DNA of 64,000 nt, taken from positions 68,198-132,197 of the forward strand of contig NMRA01000598.1 of assembly GCA_002633005.1 (NCBI GenBank), given 5' to 3'. Origin of the DNA: Phoronis australis (lineage: Eukaryota > Animalia > Phoronida). The notes beneath the pieces are model-generated. The model had not been told where the DNA came from. It did not search any database and saw nothing but the letters and a program-made list of their open reading frames with translations. Of the stretch, positions 12,901 to 27,900 are shown piece after piece (position 1 is the stretch's first letter; every line of letters starts with the position of its first letter). A program made the position numbers and the translations under genes.

Positions 12901-15900
12901 TCTAAGTAATGAGAGAATTTTTGCCCCAGGAGAACCCTCAACAGTAAATTGACCTTGGACAAAATTCTCTGCATAGAATTTCTTTTAGACATTATACGAC
13001 AGAGCAGCTTATTATGGCTAAGCATGCAGGGGTACACTTAAAATATTCTTTGAACGTGATACCTTTTAATGTCAAGTAGGTTTTCGCAAGTCATCAAAGC
13101 GATAGATTGGTAATTAAAATTACGTTTCTTGGGCCTCTTGTGATCCAGCAAATGTGTGCGGAGCTTTCACCACCTTGTATAATCATTTAAGATTATTCTT
13201 GTTGTTTACAAATAGTGTTAATTAGTAATTGATTTGGTGAATATTGTTATCAGTAGTGTTCAATTTATTAATTCTTCCATAAGTGTAGGAAAGGTTGATT
13301 CTTGACAATTTGTCCCCTCTGTTTTGCTTAAGAATACCATGGAATTGACCTAGAGTACAGTGGACAAGTAGACAGTTGGTGGCAGTTTTGTATTTTCAGC
13401 TTGGCTGATGAACACCTTGTTGTATGTCTTTTTCCCATGAATTGGTGACAGATGCTAAATGGTTTATCAACTCGAACTGGCAAACCTGTTTGGCTTATTT
13501 TTTCAACTAAGTTATTTCAGTAAATGATTTACTAGACAATTGATTACGGCTGTTCGTAAACAAGTTGACCGATTTTGAATCAAATCTAATCAAACCAGCT
13601 AATTATCGTCATCTACTAGTTATGAACCACCACTGTACATTTTTTCGACTGGCAGAACGCTGTTTCTTGTTGACAACTAGGTTCTGTGTGTGAAGCTGGT
13701 TGTATTGCCCCCTTCTCAGGAAGGTTTCCCATGTATTCTTTAGCCTGATATATACAATTGGCAGTCATAGGTTTATTGTGTTGGGCTAATCTGATCTATC
13801 AACCACCAGCTGGGCTGCTTTGGAAAATAAGAGGTTCTATTGGTTGAATAGGCAAGGAGTAGTGTACTTTACCACAATGGGGTTTATAGGCCATTCATGA
13901 AATGTCTGGGTGTGGGACAGGTTTTAATACCTCCTGTGTGGGAACTGGGGTACTTTTAGTGGTCAGACTGATGCCACTACCTATTCAGTATCTTACAGTC
14001 TTTAGGCATGCAGATTTTTTTTTTTGATACCAATGTTTTGTCCCTGGACGCAATTCAACAATTTTTGATAGGAAATTAGGGTAGCTGTACTCTTAGAGAG
14101 TTAAATAAATTGGCATGATAAAACTCACCATTTATAGGATTTGTCACAAAAAGTCACCATTTCTTAGATTCCTTGTAACATAATCATTGCTGGGTTTTTC
14201 ACCTTTACATCCTGTACATTTCACCTATGTAAGTACCTCCCCTATTTTTTGTCACATGAGAATTGTGATCGCAAGTCCAAGTTAAAGTTCAGTAGCTGTA
14301 TTGCAGCTGTTTAAATCTGGTCAAAATCACGTTTTTTTTTTTAAATACACAGCAATATCTCTCACGTAGTCTCGCGAAGTTTTGCTTTTCTAGTGAGGTT
14401 CTGGCATTATTGAAGTCTACCCGGGACTACTTGTACCTTTGGGCATTTGGTGTCCTGATAATGTATCAATGCCAGGCACATCTGGTTCATTTTCTAGTCT
14501 GGTCAAGAGGGCTACCTGAACATTTAATTAATTATTGAATGCATTTGACTTTTGATGATTAATAGTTTTTTGTTGGTTTATTTTGTGCATTAAACTGGCC
14601 AACGGTCTTCATGCTCTGTTATTTGATACGTGACGAATGATAAAAATTAAGAAATCTAAAATTCTTTCCGTTTAGTTCTCCTAATATTTAAACCAGAATC
14701 AAAATTTGGAGACTTTTCCCATTGTAATTGCTCACTGTTTCTGTTGGCATGCAAACTAACTGTGAGCATTAATAGTTTGACGTCTTTGTTTCAATATATA
14801 CAATTATCTTGATTCCCATTAAATAGTGATGCAGGCGCTGTTATGATAAGGAAAACGTAAAAAAACTTGTTAAGAAATAATGAGTGACATATATAGATAT
14901 ATTGGGTTTCTGTCTAATTTTACTGGCCTTACTGTTTTTAAAACCAAATGAAACAGGGTTTTCTTTTTCAGTTGTAGAACACTACATGCTTGCTTGTTAT
15001 ATTTTAATGGGTAAATTCGCCATACTGCCTGTGCTGTTGTCATTAACACCTTGAAGGTTTCCTTTGGTCTTACCATGCTTCCAGAATGATAAAATTTTAA
15101 AACAAGACACAAATGTTGCGATCTTGTCAAACACGTTTGTCCCCTTTCCTGTTTTTTTTATCAAACTTCAAAGAACCTTTTTCTTTTGACCTGTTTGATC
15201 TTTTTTGTCCTTCATGAATGCACCGTGTGGGAATAATGTCAGTGATAAGATACACATGATTTACAACACGTTTTCAAGATAAGCTGTTAATGAAGATGAG
15301 CACATGGTGGTGTTTGAATTCTGCATTGATGGAATGGAAAAGCATTTTTGTGGGCGCCGCTGTTCTTCAGTGTTTAAAGATAACATCCTCACTCTTGTCA
15401 AAGCTTCCATACATCTCGGTCTTAAAATCCTATTGTCTAAAATTTAGCTGACAGATAAGGAAAGATTTCTGAAAGTTTATTAGCTCCATGGACTTAGGTG
15501 CGAAATGTGATCGTTCAGGTGGCTGATAATAGTACGCTAATAAAGTTATTTTCCTTCTGCATAATGAAATAAAAGCAAGTGTTCACAATTAATGACTGAT
15601 TAACCATTTGCCAGACACTAGCGATTGGTGTCTCAAATAAATACTTGGCAATTTATCCCGCTGTTTTTTATCCAGAAATAAATATATCGTAGCCTATACA
15701 GTTCTTCGTCAGGTAAGTAGAAGACTGATATCGAATTCTAATGTCAGACACTCACTTGACATGCTCGAAAGCTGCTGTATTTTATCTGCAGTATTTTTAT
15801 TTTTGGATAATTATTAGTAAAGACGCATTTGTATTTGATTTTAACCACCATACCCTTGGTTTAGGAACAACGTTGAGATGGTTTGTGGTCTAAAACCAGT

Positions 15901-18900
15901 TTTTGAGGAATGGGTTGATGATAGCTTGAAGATTAGAAAGGTTCCTTGATCAAATTGCAGCATGACCTCACAGCCGGTGTTTGTTTTGATGCCAAGGTTG
16001 TGTTTGCTGTTGCAATTAGTGGCATGTTGTGCCAGTGGATACTACAAGTTGATCGATAAACACCACTGTGCTCTCTGGTGATTGAAGTCATATTAGTAGG
16101 GTTGATGAAGTAGCTTTTGTTGGCTAGATAAAAACGGCAATCACTATCTGCCACGGCAATCACTATCTGTTGTGGCACTCACTATCTGCCGCGTGACTGC
16201 TGGACGATTAATTCTGGTTGTGTGTACAACATACTAAAAAAGTAATTAAGGTTGTGTTGAACGTTGTCAACAGGCCAGTGCACTTAGCTAAGTGTCCAAG
16301 AAAATTAAAAAATTTTTTTTAAAGAATTTAATTAGATAAAAGTGTGTATTCCGTGGAAGCAGAAAGTGTGTAGAATTTGATTTTTCATTTAATGCTCATC
16401 TACCATTATTAGTGTCAAACGATCGTGTCTTTTTAGTAACATTTAGCAAAAAAGAAATGTACAATCATTGCATCAATTGGATGACCAGCCAAGACGTTGT
16501 CATTTCACTGTCGCTGTGCATCATTCATCGTTTTGTGTGAAAATCATATACATGATTCGTTTTAATACGCTCGGTGTGCGACACGCTTCAGAACGTTTGT
16601 TTTTTAGCATATGGCTGCATATTGAAAAAATGTAGGTTACTCATTAGGATTTGATATAAGCAAAAGTTTGACAGGGTTATTCCTCTAGGCAAGGCATCAT
16701 TCGTTGAGGTTTATTTTACCTGGATCATTTTATGCCCCGAGCAAGTGCCGGAACAGTCATCTTGAGTTTGAGGCCAACTTTATAACACGTACTTAGTGAT
16801 TTAAATCAAAAGACAATTAAAAGTTGGGATTTTTGCCGGAAGATTATTTCACCAGTTCTCAGTTTGACACTTGTTTTCAAAATTTTCTTTGTAGAATGTT
16901 AGTCAGATTTGTGCGATTTCCCAATGTGAAGTATTTCCATAAAGAAGGTGATTTTCTTGGCTGGTGATTGTTTAAAGCTTGTCTCTTAACTGGTTTATAT
17001 CTTTTTGTTTCAAAAGCACTCTGTGTAAGCAATTCGTTAGAGAAGTTTTTTTATTGTGTGTTGGTCCCTAATTCAGTACACTATATTGTTGTGGATTGCA
17101 AACTGGGAGGCCTGTGTTCAGAATTAAGTGACATTCCTGTCTTTGTATGTGCTTGGAAGACCCACCTAGATAATTGCCTCTTTGTGGTACTGAATACACA
17201 TAGACAACAATTAGGGCCAAATAGCATACCTTTCAACAACCAGGTGGGAGTCATCAAAGGGACCAACTGGTGGGTATTACGTAATAGGTCAGACACACCT
17301 TTGCCAGACTCTTGTGGAGGGGTTCTTTCTTAGGTGCTCTCACTCTGGGTCAACAGTGTATTGTGTTTATGTAGGGTTCTCAATGAGGAATGCTCAGGGA
17401 TTGTCTGGGGAAGCCAGTGAACTTTTTGCCCTGTACCTGCAACAAGAAAGGCATGCTGGGATTTTTCCGTAGATTAACCCACCCGACGAAACTTCTGGTG
17501 CCAAGTGTCCAGATAGTGGGGCGTTTATGTGGAAAATTTCCTCTTAAAAGCCCACTAAGCATCAATTTTTAGTCACAAATTCGGTTTTGCAGAGCATTTG
17601 TCATTCATAAAAACTAGCAAAGTGCCAGCGGACTATGCGTTTATTAACACAAAATTTAAAAACACATTTTTAAGTAAAAAATGTCAAAATTAGGAAACCT
17701 ATGACTTTCCATTTACACGCCCCCCCCTCTTTGGTGTTACTAAAACATCTGAACTTTTATCATTTTCCAAATACACGCCCATTGGCTTATCTACAGAAAA
17801 TCCTGGTAGTGATAGCAGACTCTTCTTGGTGCTACATCCAAGCTCAAAAATTGCTGAAATAATTCTAGTATTCGTTCATTTCATCAGGTAAAGTTTATCA
17901 TCAGGAAGGCAAAGTTAATGAAATGCGTAGTTTCACCAAACTTTCGGAATCATTCTGCTAAATTTTTCTCCATAGGAAACTGGTAATGAAGAACGTTTAT
18001 TATCTTCATTCTCAAATAGATCTCTATAAGAGCCGGCATCTTATTTATGAAATGCAAGCTAATTTTTTATTCTTTTAATTCATTTATAAATCTAGATTAT
18101 TGAAAGTAATAAATAACACGTGTGCCTAGAAATTGAATTGACATGTAACAGGCATGCATTGCACAATGTGAAGGGATACTAGGCCTAAGGCTTTGATAGG
18201 TGAGATCTTACCGACACGTTTGCATTCACATAGGCAAGTATCTGCAAAACTATGAAACTTCGTTAATAGAATGCATTTTCTGAATATAGGAAGATTGTAG
18301 ATTTTGATTTTTAATTTCAGACTCTTAACTAGGTTTCATGTCTTCTATGTCTTTTTCGTAAAATTTTGATAATTAAAGATATGTTTATAGCAAAACATTA
18401 GTATCTATAGGAGGACCAAACCTTGTTTGTAATTGTTAGGATAAAGTCTTTTGTAATCATTTCGTGCCATTTTTGAGTTTTTTTCATAAAAGTCCTACTT
18501 TTGATAGCACTTCATACGAATGACTGAGCATTCCTAATCCTAGTTCTGATAGCCCCTCATAGAGATGTGCAACATTCCTAGAACTACTTTTGAGAAGACA
18601 ATATAAAGCACAACGTAGTGTATGAAACTTTCCTATGAATCCCGCCACCGATCTGATATATGATGTTCTGGGCTTGGGATTTAATCTTTGTACTTGAAAT
18701 CAAACTCGATACTGTTTTTGGTATTTCCATTTTTACAAGATACGGTAAAAATTCTCCAATTTGGGACAGTGAAAAATTAAATATTTTGTTCAAGGTTGGA
18801 GCTTGTCCCAAATTCTAGAAATAACCAGCATTGGTCGTCCCAAATTCACGAATCGCTGGAAAGACAGCAAAATTACCTACTCTGTGGACTGAAAACACAT

Positions 18901-21900
18901 TGCCTGAAATTTGAAAAATATAGTGAACGCCAAAATTGCCCTCGTCTCAATTACCAGAGTCATGGAAATTCAAATTTTCTGTGAGTTTCGTGTCCCAAAT
19001 TCTAGAGACTGTCCCAAACTGGAGAGTTTTTACCGTAAGTGTCTATTATTCTCTTCTTGAGTACATTATAGTTTATGCAAGTGAGTTTCTAGTCGAGGCT
19101 TGCACTTGATGACCGCAAGATTGGTCTGAAAAACTTTTGCGTTCAGATTCGAACTTTTAGCCTTATTGCTGGGGTCTTCAAGTGCAATCTAACTATCTAG
19201 GATTAGACAGTTATTTATGGAAGACATTATGTATGATAAACACTAATCTTGAGCTGCACAAAAGTAGAACAGAAAATGCCAAAAATGATTTCGAGCTCAA
19301 GTACAAAGATTATATCCAGGGCCCTGAAGTTAAGCCTATTGTGGAGGTTTTTAGGGTTTCACTTAACCATAAATAGACCTGCATATTACGAATATTGATA
19401 TAGTTTTCCGCATTACAAATCTTATATAACTTATAATAATGAAAAGAGGATTTTCTCTCTCTGAAATGTTGATTAGTAGGTGTTATTCAAACAGATTTTT
19501 ATGAATGTGTCAATTGTAAATCAAATTTTTTGGATGCTGCCCAAACTATATCAAACTTGCAACATTGCGTAGAAGGAGCTTAGCGGTTATATCACTGAGT
19601 GGATGAATGAAAATCTACATCATTACATTTAAGTTTTTAGTGAACGAGAGAGATACTGAGTAGGTTCCATTCTTGAACTGTGTCCATTAATTTGCCACTG
19701 TTGCCCAACAGCGTTTTCTTTGAGTGAAAGTAATTGTTTCATACGCACATCCTGTTTGTTTGATTCCTTGCTTCCATATGTGGTTAAGATCCATCTTTCT
19801 CCACAGTAATTGCCTTTTCCGGGCACTCGGCGATCAGCTGGAAGGCCATTGTCGTAACCACCTAAAACACCGGCTTAACGTGGTGCAGTATATGGATGAA
19901 CATCGCAAAGATTTTGAACCATTTGTTGAGGACGACATCCCATTTGAGCGACACTGTAAGTACACTTAAGCACGCGCACGCGTCAGTGGGGATTAACTGT
20001 GGTTGGTTTGTCAGCGTGTTTCGCATGAATTGGATTGAGCGTGGGTTGTGACAAGATTGATATTAATATAGATTTTTGTCTCAAGTTTCTATAGCTTCAG
20101 CAGATTTGTGGTCTGTAATCTGTTATGATGTTGATAAGTCCGCGTTGTAATTAATGTGACCTGAACTAAGCATTGAATGATTGTAAAGGCCTGGGCATAG
20201 TTGGTAGTAGGTCAATATTAGGAACTTATAATTCAACTGACAGGTAAAAAAATGAGTAATGATTTTTCTGGATAAGTGACATTTCTTCAGTCAATTACGT
20301 CAACAAAGATTTTATTTGTCAAGTCTTGTCACTGCAAATGATGTTTTTGGTGTATTTCTGAACAATTGATTAACGTTGCCACAACACTGTCAATTGTCCC
20401 TTTCAGTAATTGTAGTCATTCACTTTTTCAAATAAACATGCCTGTCTGGTCTTTGAGCTTCGATGCGTCTTTCTTACCTGTCTTTGTCACAGTCATCAAT
20501 AATTCATTGTTTCAGCACTGGCGTCAGGAATGGTTGTTGTTGATGTGTGTTGCGGTAAAATCAGCAAAATGGCGCCAATTTTGAGAAAAAGTAATTGCCA
20601 ATGCTATTGCGTTGCTTTTGTTCATTTTTAAGGGTTTTTGATGTTGTTGTGAAGGCAGACAATTTCAAAACATTGTCTGGTCAAGTAGACATGTTGTGAA
20701 CTTGAACACTGTATGCGTTTCAGTCGGTGTTACAAATCCTTTATGAAAAAAGGAGAAAGTAAGTTACTCTGCTTACCATATTGTGTCCGTAAAAATTGGT
20801 GAGATTTTATCGCAGCACAACTTACTAAACTTAGTTGAAATAGCTCATTTTGATGTTCCAATATCAAAGCGAAGTTGACTTTTGGCTCAACACTCAGTTG
20901 GGCTGATTTGCAATTAACTTATGACGTATATTTTCTTCTGTCAGCTCATCCACCTGGTTGTGCGTTTTCCTTTAGTGAGAACGTTTCTTTTATTTCAGTG
21001 CAAATGCTGAAGAAACCTGGCACGTTTGGCGGGAACGATGCCCTGGTGGCCTTTGCGCGTGCACACCAAGTGAATATTGTGATTCATCAACTGAACCAAC
21101 CCGTTTGGCATGTAAGATGAAATTACGCACAGTTTTATTTATTAAATTGAATGAATTCGAAGGAGCATAATTATTGTACTTACGAACTAAACGTGGAAAT
21201 CCCGGAATATTTTCACAAACTACATGAACATTTTCCTTGCCACGATAGCAATGGGAAAGAGTGCGAAAGCATCATTCTCATGACTCAATTTCTAATTCAA
21301 CAATTTTTTCGTATTCACGCACATTTTGGGGCCTTGAAAGTTTTGTGTGAATCGTCTGGCTGAAGGATTTATCATTTGACGTGGCATGATGGTTGCAAAT
21401 AGTTTATTTAAAACCCTGGGAAATATGCCGCTGCACTACGTCATACAAGGATGATGCAGAACGGTGTCTACCAACTACCCTTTTGCCACCTATAGACACC
21501 AAGTAGTACTAAAAGGCATTGCAATGAAACAGCTAAGTATTTGGACGGTTTTGTCACGCTTTGATAAAACTGACAGCTATTAGACGCTCCAGTTTATTTT
21601 AATTATACGTTTGGGGATCATAATTGTTATCTATTATTGTAGTGAGAGGCTTGAGGCACAGTTTGGTTACCTCGTTTATAATTTGTGTTTTGTGGTGAAT
21701 TAATACCCACATTAAGAAAAATGTTTTGAAAAGTCGTGCATGTGTAAGCAGATTGGTAACACTCAACAAGTCTGTCTGTAGTTGCCCCTTCAAACATCAA
21801 CTGAAGGCTGTTATTTCTCAGGAAATTTCTATAATATCTCTTTTGTCGAAACTGACAGTCTGTCTGGTAGTTGATATGGCCTGGGCTGGAGTAGAGCTTT

Positions 21901-24900
21901 TGTTGAACAATGTGTTATCTTTTAACTTTAGTTGGCTATGACAATGTCTGTTGTAAGTAAATCCTTTGCAAGCTGCCAGCCAGGCTCACTGGGTGGATTG
22001 CTAAATCATATCTTTCAACTGCCCCTGTCACATTTTACTTCCCAGTGATGGTTGGTACTCATCTATTGGTTCGTTTTAAACAGCCGAGTCAGCTGGATCA
22101 CTGCAGTTTAAGTGCCTTACTCAACACTGGCGCAACCTTATGACTGCAGCAGCCAGGAATTGAACCCATGGCCTTTTGGTTGAGAGTCTACCAGGTTTAA
22201 CCACTGGGCAGCATTTACATTGCAATGGCTGCTTTGGTCACAATTATTAGCGTTTGCTTTCCACATCATCTGCGCTTGCGATCTATCTGCCATGTTAGAC
22301 TACACATTGTCTTGAGGATTCCGTTTGTTTGCATAAGTGTGCTCACGTTGTCCTTGGTCACGACTGTAGGATACGCTCTTAGACCAGACCTTTCCTCTTG
22401 CAGGTCCCCGGCACGGACAAGGCAGGTTGTCGCGAGCTACACATCACGTACCACAATGGAGAACACTACTCGAGCGTTAGAAAACTGGGCGACAATACTG
22501 AGACACCGGCAAACATCAAACTTAAGGTATGTTGATTTATGGTACTTGCCAAAAATAATCTGATAAATGACCCGGAATTCCTTGTAATGACAACTGAGCC
22601 CCAACGGTATTCCCCATCATAACCATTATGACATGGGAACATAGCTTTTGCGGTTTACTTTTGGCATTTGCTACGTACCCTGGAATTGGTTGCATATGCC
22701 GTTACTTGATCTCTGTTGTTATGGATGCTTTTTTAAATGATTTGTTAATAGGCTTGTTCAAACTTTCATTAACATGTCATGCTTGTTACCTATCGGTTAA
22801 GTTTCGCTCTTTCTTTGCAGTGCTAAGCATCTTGTTGTATTGGCGGAGTATTTTAACTTAGGAGCTCTTTAGTGTTTAATTAGTTTAGATATAAACCTTT
22901 CATTCACAAAGGCCAAATATCTACAAAATCATAGATTTTAATGTAGTAAAAGTGTACATTTTGTGAAAGTAGAAAGTCTGTAGAATTTGATTTTTGACTT
23001 TTTACCAATCTGCCATTAATTTTGTCAAATGACCATGTCTTTTTAGTAAATGTTAGCCAAAAAAGAAACTAAGGTACACTCACGGCAAAACAGTAGTATC
23101 AACACATCAAACTTAATTTGGAATAAACGTATGACATCTCAAAAACATTGTTACAGTTTTTTCAAAGTACCATTTCGTTTTATGCAAGGAAATTATAAAA
23201 GTCGTGTGTTTTGATAGCATTACAAAATGGAAAATATGAAAAATGTTTCCTAATAGTGTTTTGAAGAACAGTGCGTAAAGCATAGTATGTGAAGGTTTAA
23301 TCATATGAAACTGATAGCCTCTTGTGAGATATATTGCTCTGAAGTTAGACAAGTGTGACGGTCTTACGTAACCTATGCTCCATTTTTATTATGCGCCCAC
23401 ATATTTATATGTGGACGCATTATGCCGTCATCTCTGTCCGTCCGTCCGTCCGTCCGTCCGTCCGGGCGGCGTCCGTCCGGCGTCCGCTGCTCTATCTCCA
23501 AAACCCTTTGACATACGTTCATGAAATTTGGCACATATGTTCCATTCATGAATGGGACGGCATGTGCGAACTTTCGGACGGATCCGACTACCGGTGTGCC
23601 CCCTAGTGGCAATTTTAGTTTTTTACGCTTACCTTTGTATCTTCAAAAGTCCTGAATGGATTTTCATGAAATTTGGTATGTAGGCACCTAGTAGTGAGAT
23701 GACGCTATCCTGCCGTTTTCGGATGGATTCGACATAGTTTGCGCCACCTAGTGGCCATTTTTANNNNNNNNNNNNNNNNNNNNNNNNNNNNNNNNNNNNN
23801 NNNNNNNNNNNNNNNNNNNNNNNNNNNNNNNNNNNNNNNNNNNNNNNNNNNNNNNNNNNNNNNNNNNNNNNNNNNNNNNNNNNNNNNNNNNNNNNNNNNN
23901 NNNNNNNNNNNNNNNNNNNNNNNNNNNNNNNNNNNNNNNNNNNNNNNNNNNNNNNNNNNNNNNNNNNNNNNNNNNNNNNNNNNNNNNNNNNNNNNNNNNN
24001 NNNNNNNNNNNNNNNNNNNNNNNNNNNNNNNNNNNNNNNNNNNNGTACCCTGGAATTGGTTGCATATGCCGTTACTTGATCTCTGTTGTTATGGATGCTT
24101 TTTTAAATGATTTGTTAATAGGCTTGTTCAAACTTTCATTAACATGTCATGCTTGTTACGTATCGGTTAAGTTTCGCTCTTTCTTTGCAGTGCTAAGCGT
24201 CTTGTTGTATTGGCGGAGTATTTTAACTTAGGAGCTCTTTAGTGTTTAATTAGTTTAGATATAAACCTTTCATTCACAAAGGCCAAATATCTGCAATATT
24301 ATAGATTTTAATGTAGTAAAAGTGTACATTTTGTGAAAGTAGAAAGTCTGTAGAATTTGATTTTTGACTTTTTACCAATCTGCCATTAATTTTGTCAAAT
24401 GACCATGTCTTTTTAGTAAATGTTAGCCAAAAAAGGTACACTCACGGCAAAACAGTAGTATCAACGCATCAAACTTAATTTGGAATAAATGTATGACATC
24501 TCATTGCTACAGTTTTTTTAAAGTACGATTTCATTTCATGCAAGAAAATTATAAAAGTCCTGTGTTTTGATGGTATTACGAAATGGAAAGTTTGAAACAT
24601 GATTCCTAACAGTGTTTTGAAGAACAGTGCATAAAGCATAGTATGTGAACGTTTAATCATATGAAACTGATCAGCCTCTTCTGAGATATGATGCTCTGAA
24701 GTTAGACAAGTGTGACGGTCTTACGTAACCTATGCTCCATTTTCATTCACCTTTTTTGAAGTGTGGGCCAGTAAAAATGATGATTTGATGTTCTTAGCTA
24801 TGACTGGGTGCATCACCTTTGACGCGACAACCCTCTGTTCTGTGTATAAACATGTCTGGCCACTTGTTTACAATAGATAACCAACCCGGAGGACAGAGCC

Positions 24901-27900
24901 CCCGATTGTGGTACTCAGAACGGCTACACGACTTACGATAATGAAGATGAGTTTGATGAAGCATATCCAGACACAGTCGACGGAGTAGCGCGCGTCGTAC
25001 GAGACGTGGTTGATGTGGAAAGACATATCTCTAATATAACAGGATGTACTGTGAGTCAATTTTTATGCATACACTAGTAGGATGAGAGAACCATGTGTCA
25101 GTTTTTGGTGTCAATGTTTTCAGCTTACTTTAAACTTTTGACAGCAGTGTGTCATGTTAAAGGCACATCTGCTAAGTTTGATAACTGAACATTTCATTCT
25201 CTAAGAAGTTTTTAGGATTAAAAAATCAAAATTGCAGTTACGTGTCAGTTGTCAAGGTGTGGAATTTTCCTCTTTTAAGAGGATTTCCTCATTTTTGGAT
25301 TCGATTTATGATTTCCAGGTTTCTCTTTTTGCAGATCTCTTTTTTATCACTATTTTGACTTTATTCATTCAAAAACGTTTACATCAGTTAAATTTTACAA
25401 CACAAAAATATCTATCACACAAGCCTATTTATTTGTAGAACTATGCATCATCTGGAAAATTTTCCTCTTTCTTGTCTTTGGTCATTTCCATCCCTGACTT
25501 TAGTGTACGAGTGTGACAGATTCGTGAATCAGATCTCAAAACGCATAGTGTTACATTTTCAAATTTTAATTACAGGACTCCACCTTGATCCGAGAATCAC
25601 TTGAAGACCACCAGTACGACGTTGATCTTACAATAGACTTCATTTTACGCTTAACAGTAAAGAGCAGCTATTCTAGTAAGTCCCCTTTAATGACGTGACC
25701 CATGTGCAATAATCAGACAAAATAGTCTCCCCTGTCAGGACGGCTATTTCTGTTGACTGCAAAAATGACTGGTGATAACTATGGTGGCAAAATTCTATTT
25801 GTAGAAAGGCTTAGCCATCTCACTAACTTTCCTAGTAATTTCCTTTCATTCCCGAATGAGGAGAGACTAACCTGACAATGAATTTGGCTTCTGCCTTGCT
25901 GTCATTTTGTTTGAATACTTTTGGCTTGTACAGTATACAAATTATATTGTTTTATTATTTTCGTCTTGTACTGTAAGTAATTATGTAATTCCACATTCTG
26001 AAGTCCAGAAATAGCCTCTAAACTTGGCAAGGAACAAGACAATTATTATCGTGGTAGTTAGTTGAATAGTTTCAATCAAAATTTGGTGTCTTGGGCACTG
26101 AATAGTTTCAATAATTAACATTCATGTCTTTGCAATTGATGGTTACAAACTGAGCCACTGGTCATGCTGTGGCACCACTTACGTTGTTTTTCGATTGAGC
26201 TGGTTTTTACAAAGTGACATGATTGGTTAGAAAAATGAACTTCCGAGATCAGCCTCAATGCAGATTTGAACGTGCAACCCTCGCAGTTGCAGTCAAACAC
26301 AGTGCTGATAGAGCCAAATCCCTCTCGATAAACGGCAGAGTACTTTAAGAAGCGTATTAAGTTGGTAAAGTCACCGGCTTTGGTTTCGGGGAATGTGTGG
26401 CAGACAATGGAGAGAATCAGCAATTTGTAATAAAATCTCAAGAATGGATTTTGTTGTTTTATAGCTCAAGTCATAGCTAATAAGTTTGAGAAGTACATCC
26501 ATCCTACAACATCCCAAAAACATGTTTTTTTGGTAAAACCAAAATGCTCCCTTAAAAAGATAATTGTTAAATCAAGTGCTGGACTTGCCATTGGCATTTG
26601 ATAGGTGGTGTATTTCTTAGTGGAATTTAAAACTACGTATGCAAAATCTTATTAAAGAATTCAAGAAAGCTTAATGTGTAAACTTTGAATTTTGGTGACG
26701 GAACGAATACGTGAATAGCTCTCATCATTTCAGACAAGTCTTCCCCCTCATCTAGTGTCCACGAAACAGCCTCCCTTTCCTCACATCAGACAACGGACAG
26801 TGGGATCTGGTCAGACAACGGCACAGGCTCGCGGATATTTGGCCGGCAGGATAGTCTTAATTCAGAACTGGATAGGCATGGTCAGCACAAGTCTAGCCGG
26901 AGTAGCATCAGTTCGGGTTATGACTCGTGCAACGGAGCAAAACCCAAGTGCCCTGCACCCGTAAGTACTGTCTTTGTGAAATGGGTTGGCTGTTTAACTT
27001 TAAGATTACATTGGACCCTAGAAAAATGGCCAAATATGGCTAAATTTGGAACGCATCCAAGAAACGACTGTTGGGATACAATGAAACTTAAAGATTAAGT
27101 ATGCTTTATGTGCTGTTTGCCAAAACACTGCTCGAAATTGCTTTTAAAATGTTCCATTTTTGCAGGAGGGTCTATGAAAATTAGGACTTTTATGAAAAAG
27201 GTTTTAAAAATTGCATAAAACAGAGACGAAATAATTTAGAAAACTGTGAGAGTGTTCTTGATATTTCATCTTGTACTTTTTATCAAACAAAATTTGATCA
27301 TGTTATTGGTGCTATTGTTTCAGTACGAATGTACTTTTCTTTTTTCATATTTTTTACTAAAAAGACAAGTCACGTGACCCAGTTATAAGTAGATTGGTAT
27401 GAAGTCAAAAATCAAATTTTATGAGCGTTCTACTTTCACAGAGGTGCTCAGAGAAATCTTAAATTTCAGTCAATTTTTAAATAAAACTTAAATTTGTCTC
27501 AAGACGATTTCAAGAAATAGATTTGACTTGAGTTTTTGACTCAGATTTTTTCTTAATTTTGACTTACTTACCGGATGTGGAAGTTTGGAAGACAAAAATG
27601 AACTTGGAACGGGCCTCAGGTCTGCTGGCTTCTCTTGGAAAATTCAGCATAACTTTTAAATGTACTTATTTTTAAAATTACAGTGATGCATTAAATTTAG
27701 AAATTATTTCTATTTTTGAAAAGCTTAGGACATGTAGTAATGTTTTGGACGAACAAACTTTAAAAATTTAAAGCTTGAAGGCAGTTTTCTTTTAGGGTCG
27801 CATTTTTCGGAACCCTTACTTAGACTGGCGTTTCCGTCCTGTTACAGGTATCAAATAAGAAGAGGAAAGAATTGGCCAAGAAGGAAAAGAAGAAACGAGC

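Noticed and set aside
22150-22214. tRNA gene
   Set aside because: A and B boxes are present but there is no intact cloverleaf, and SINE-type body sequence follows.
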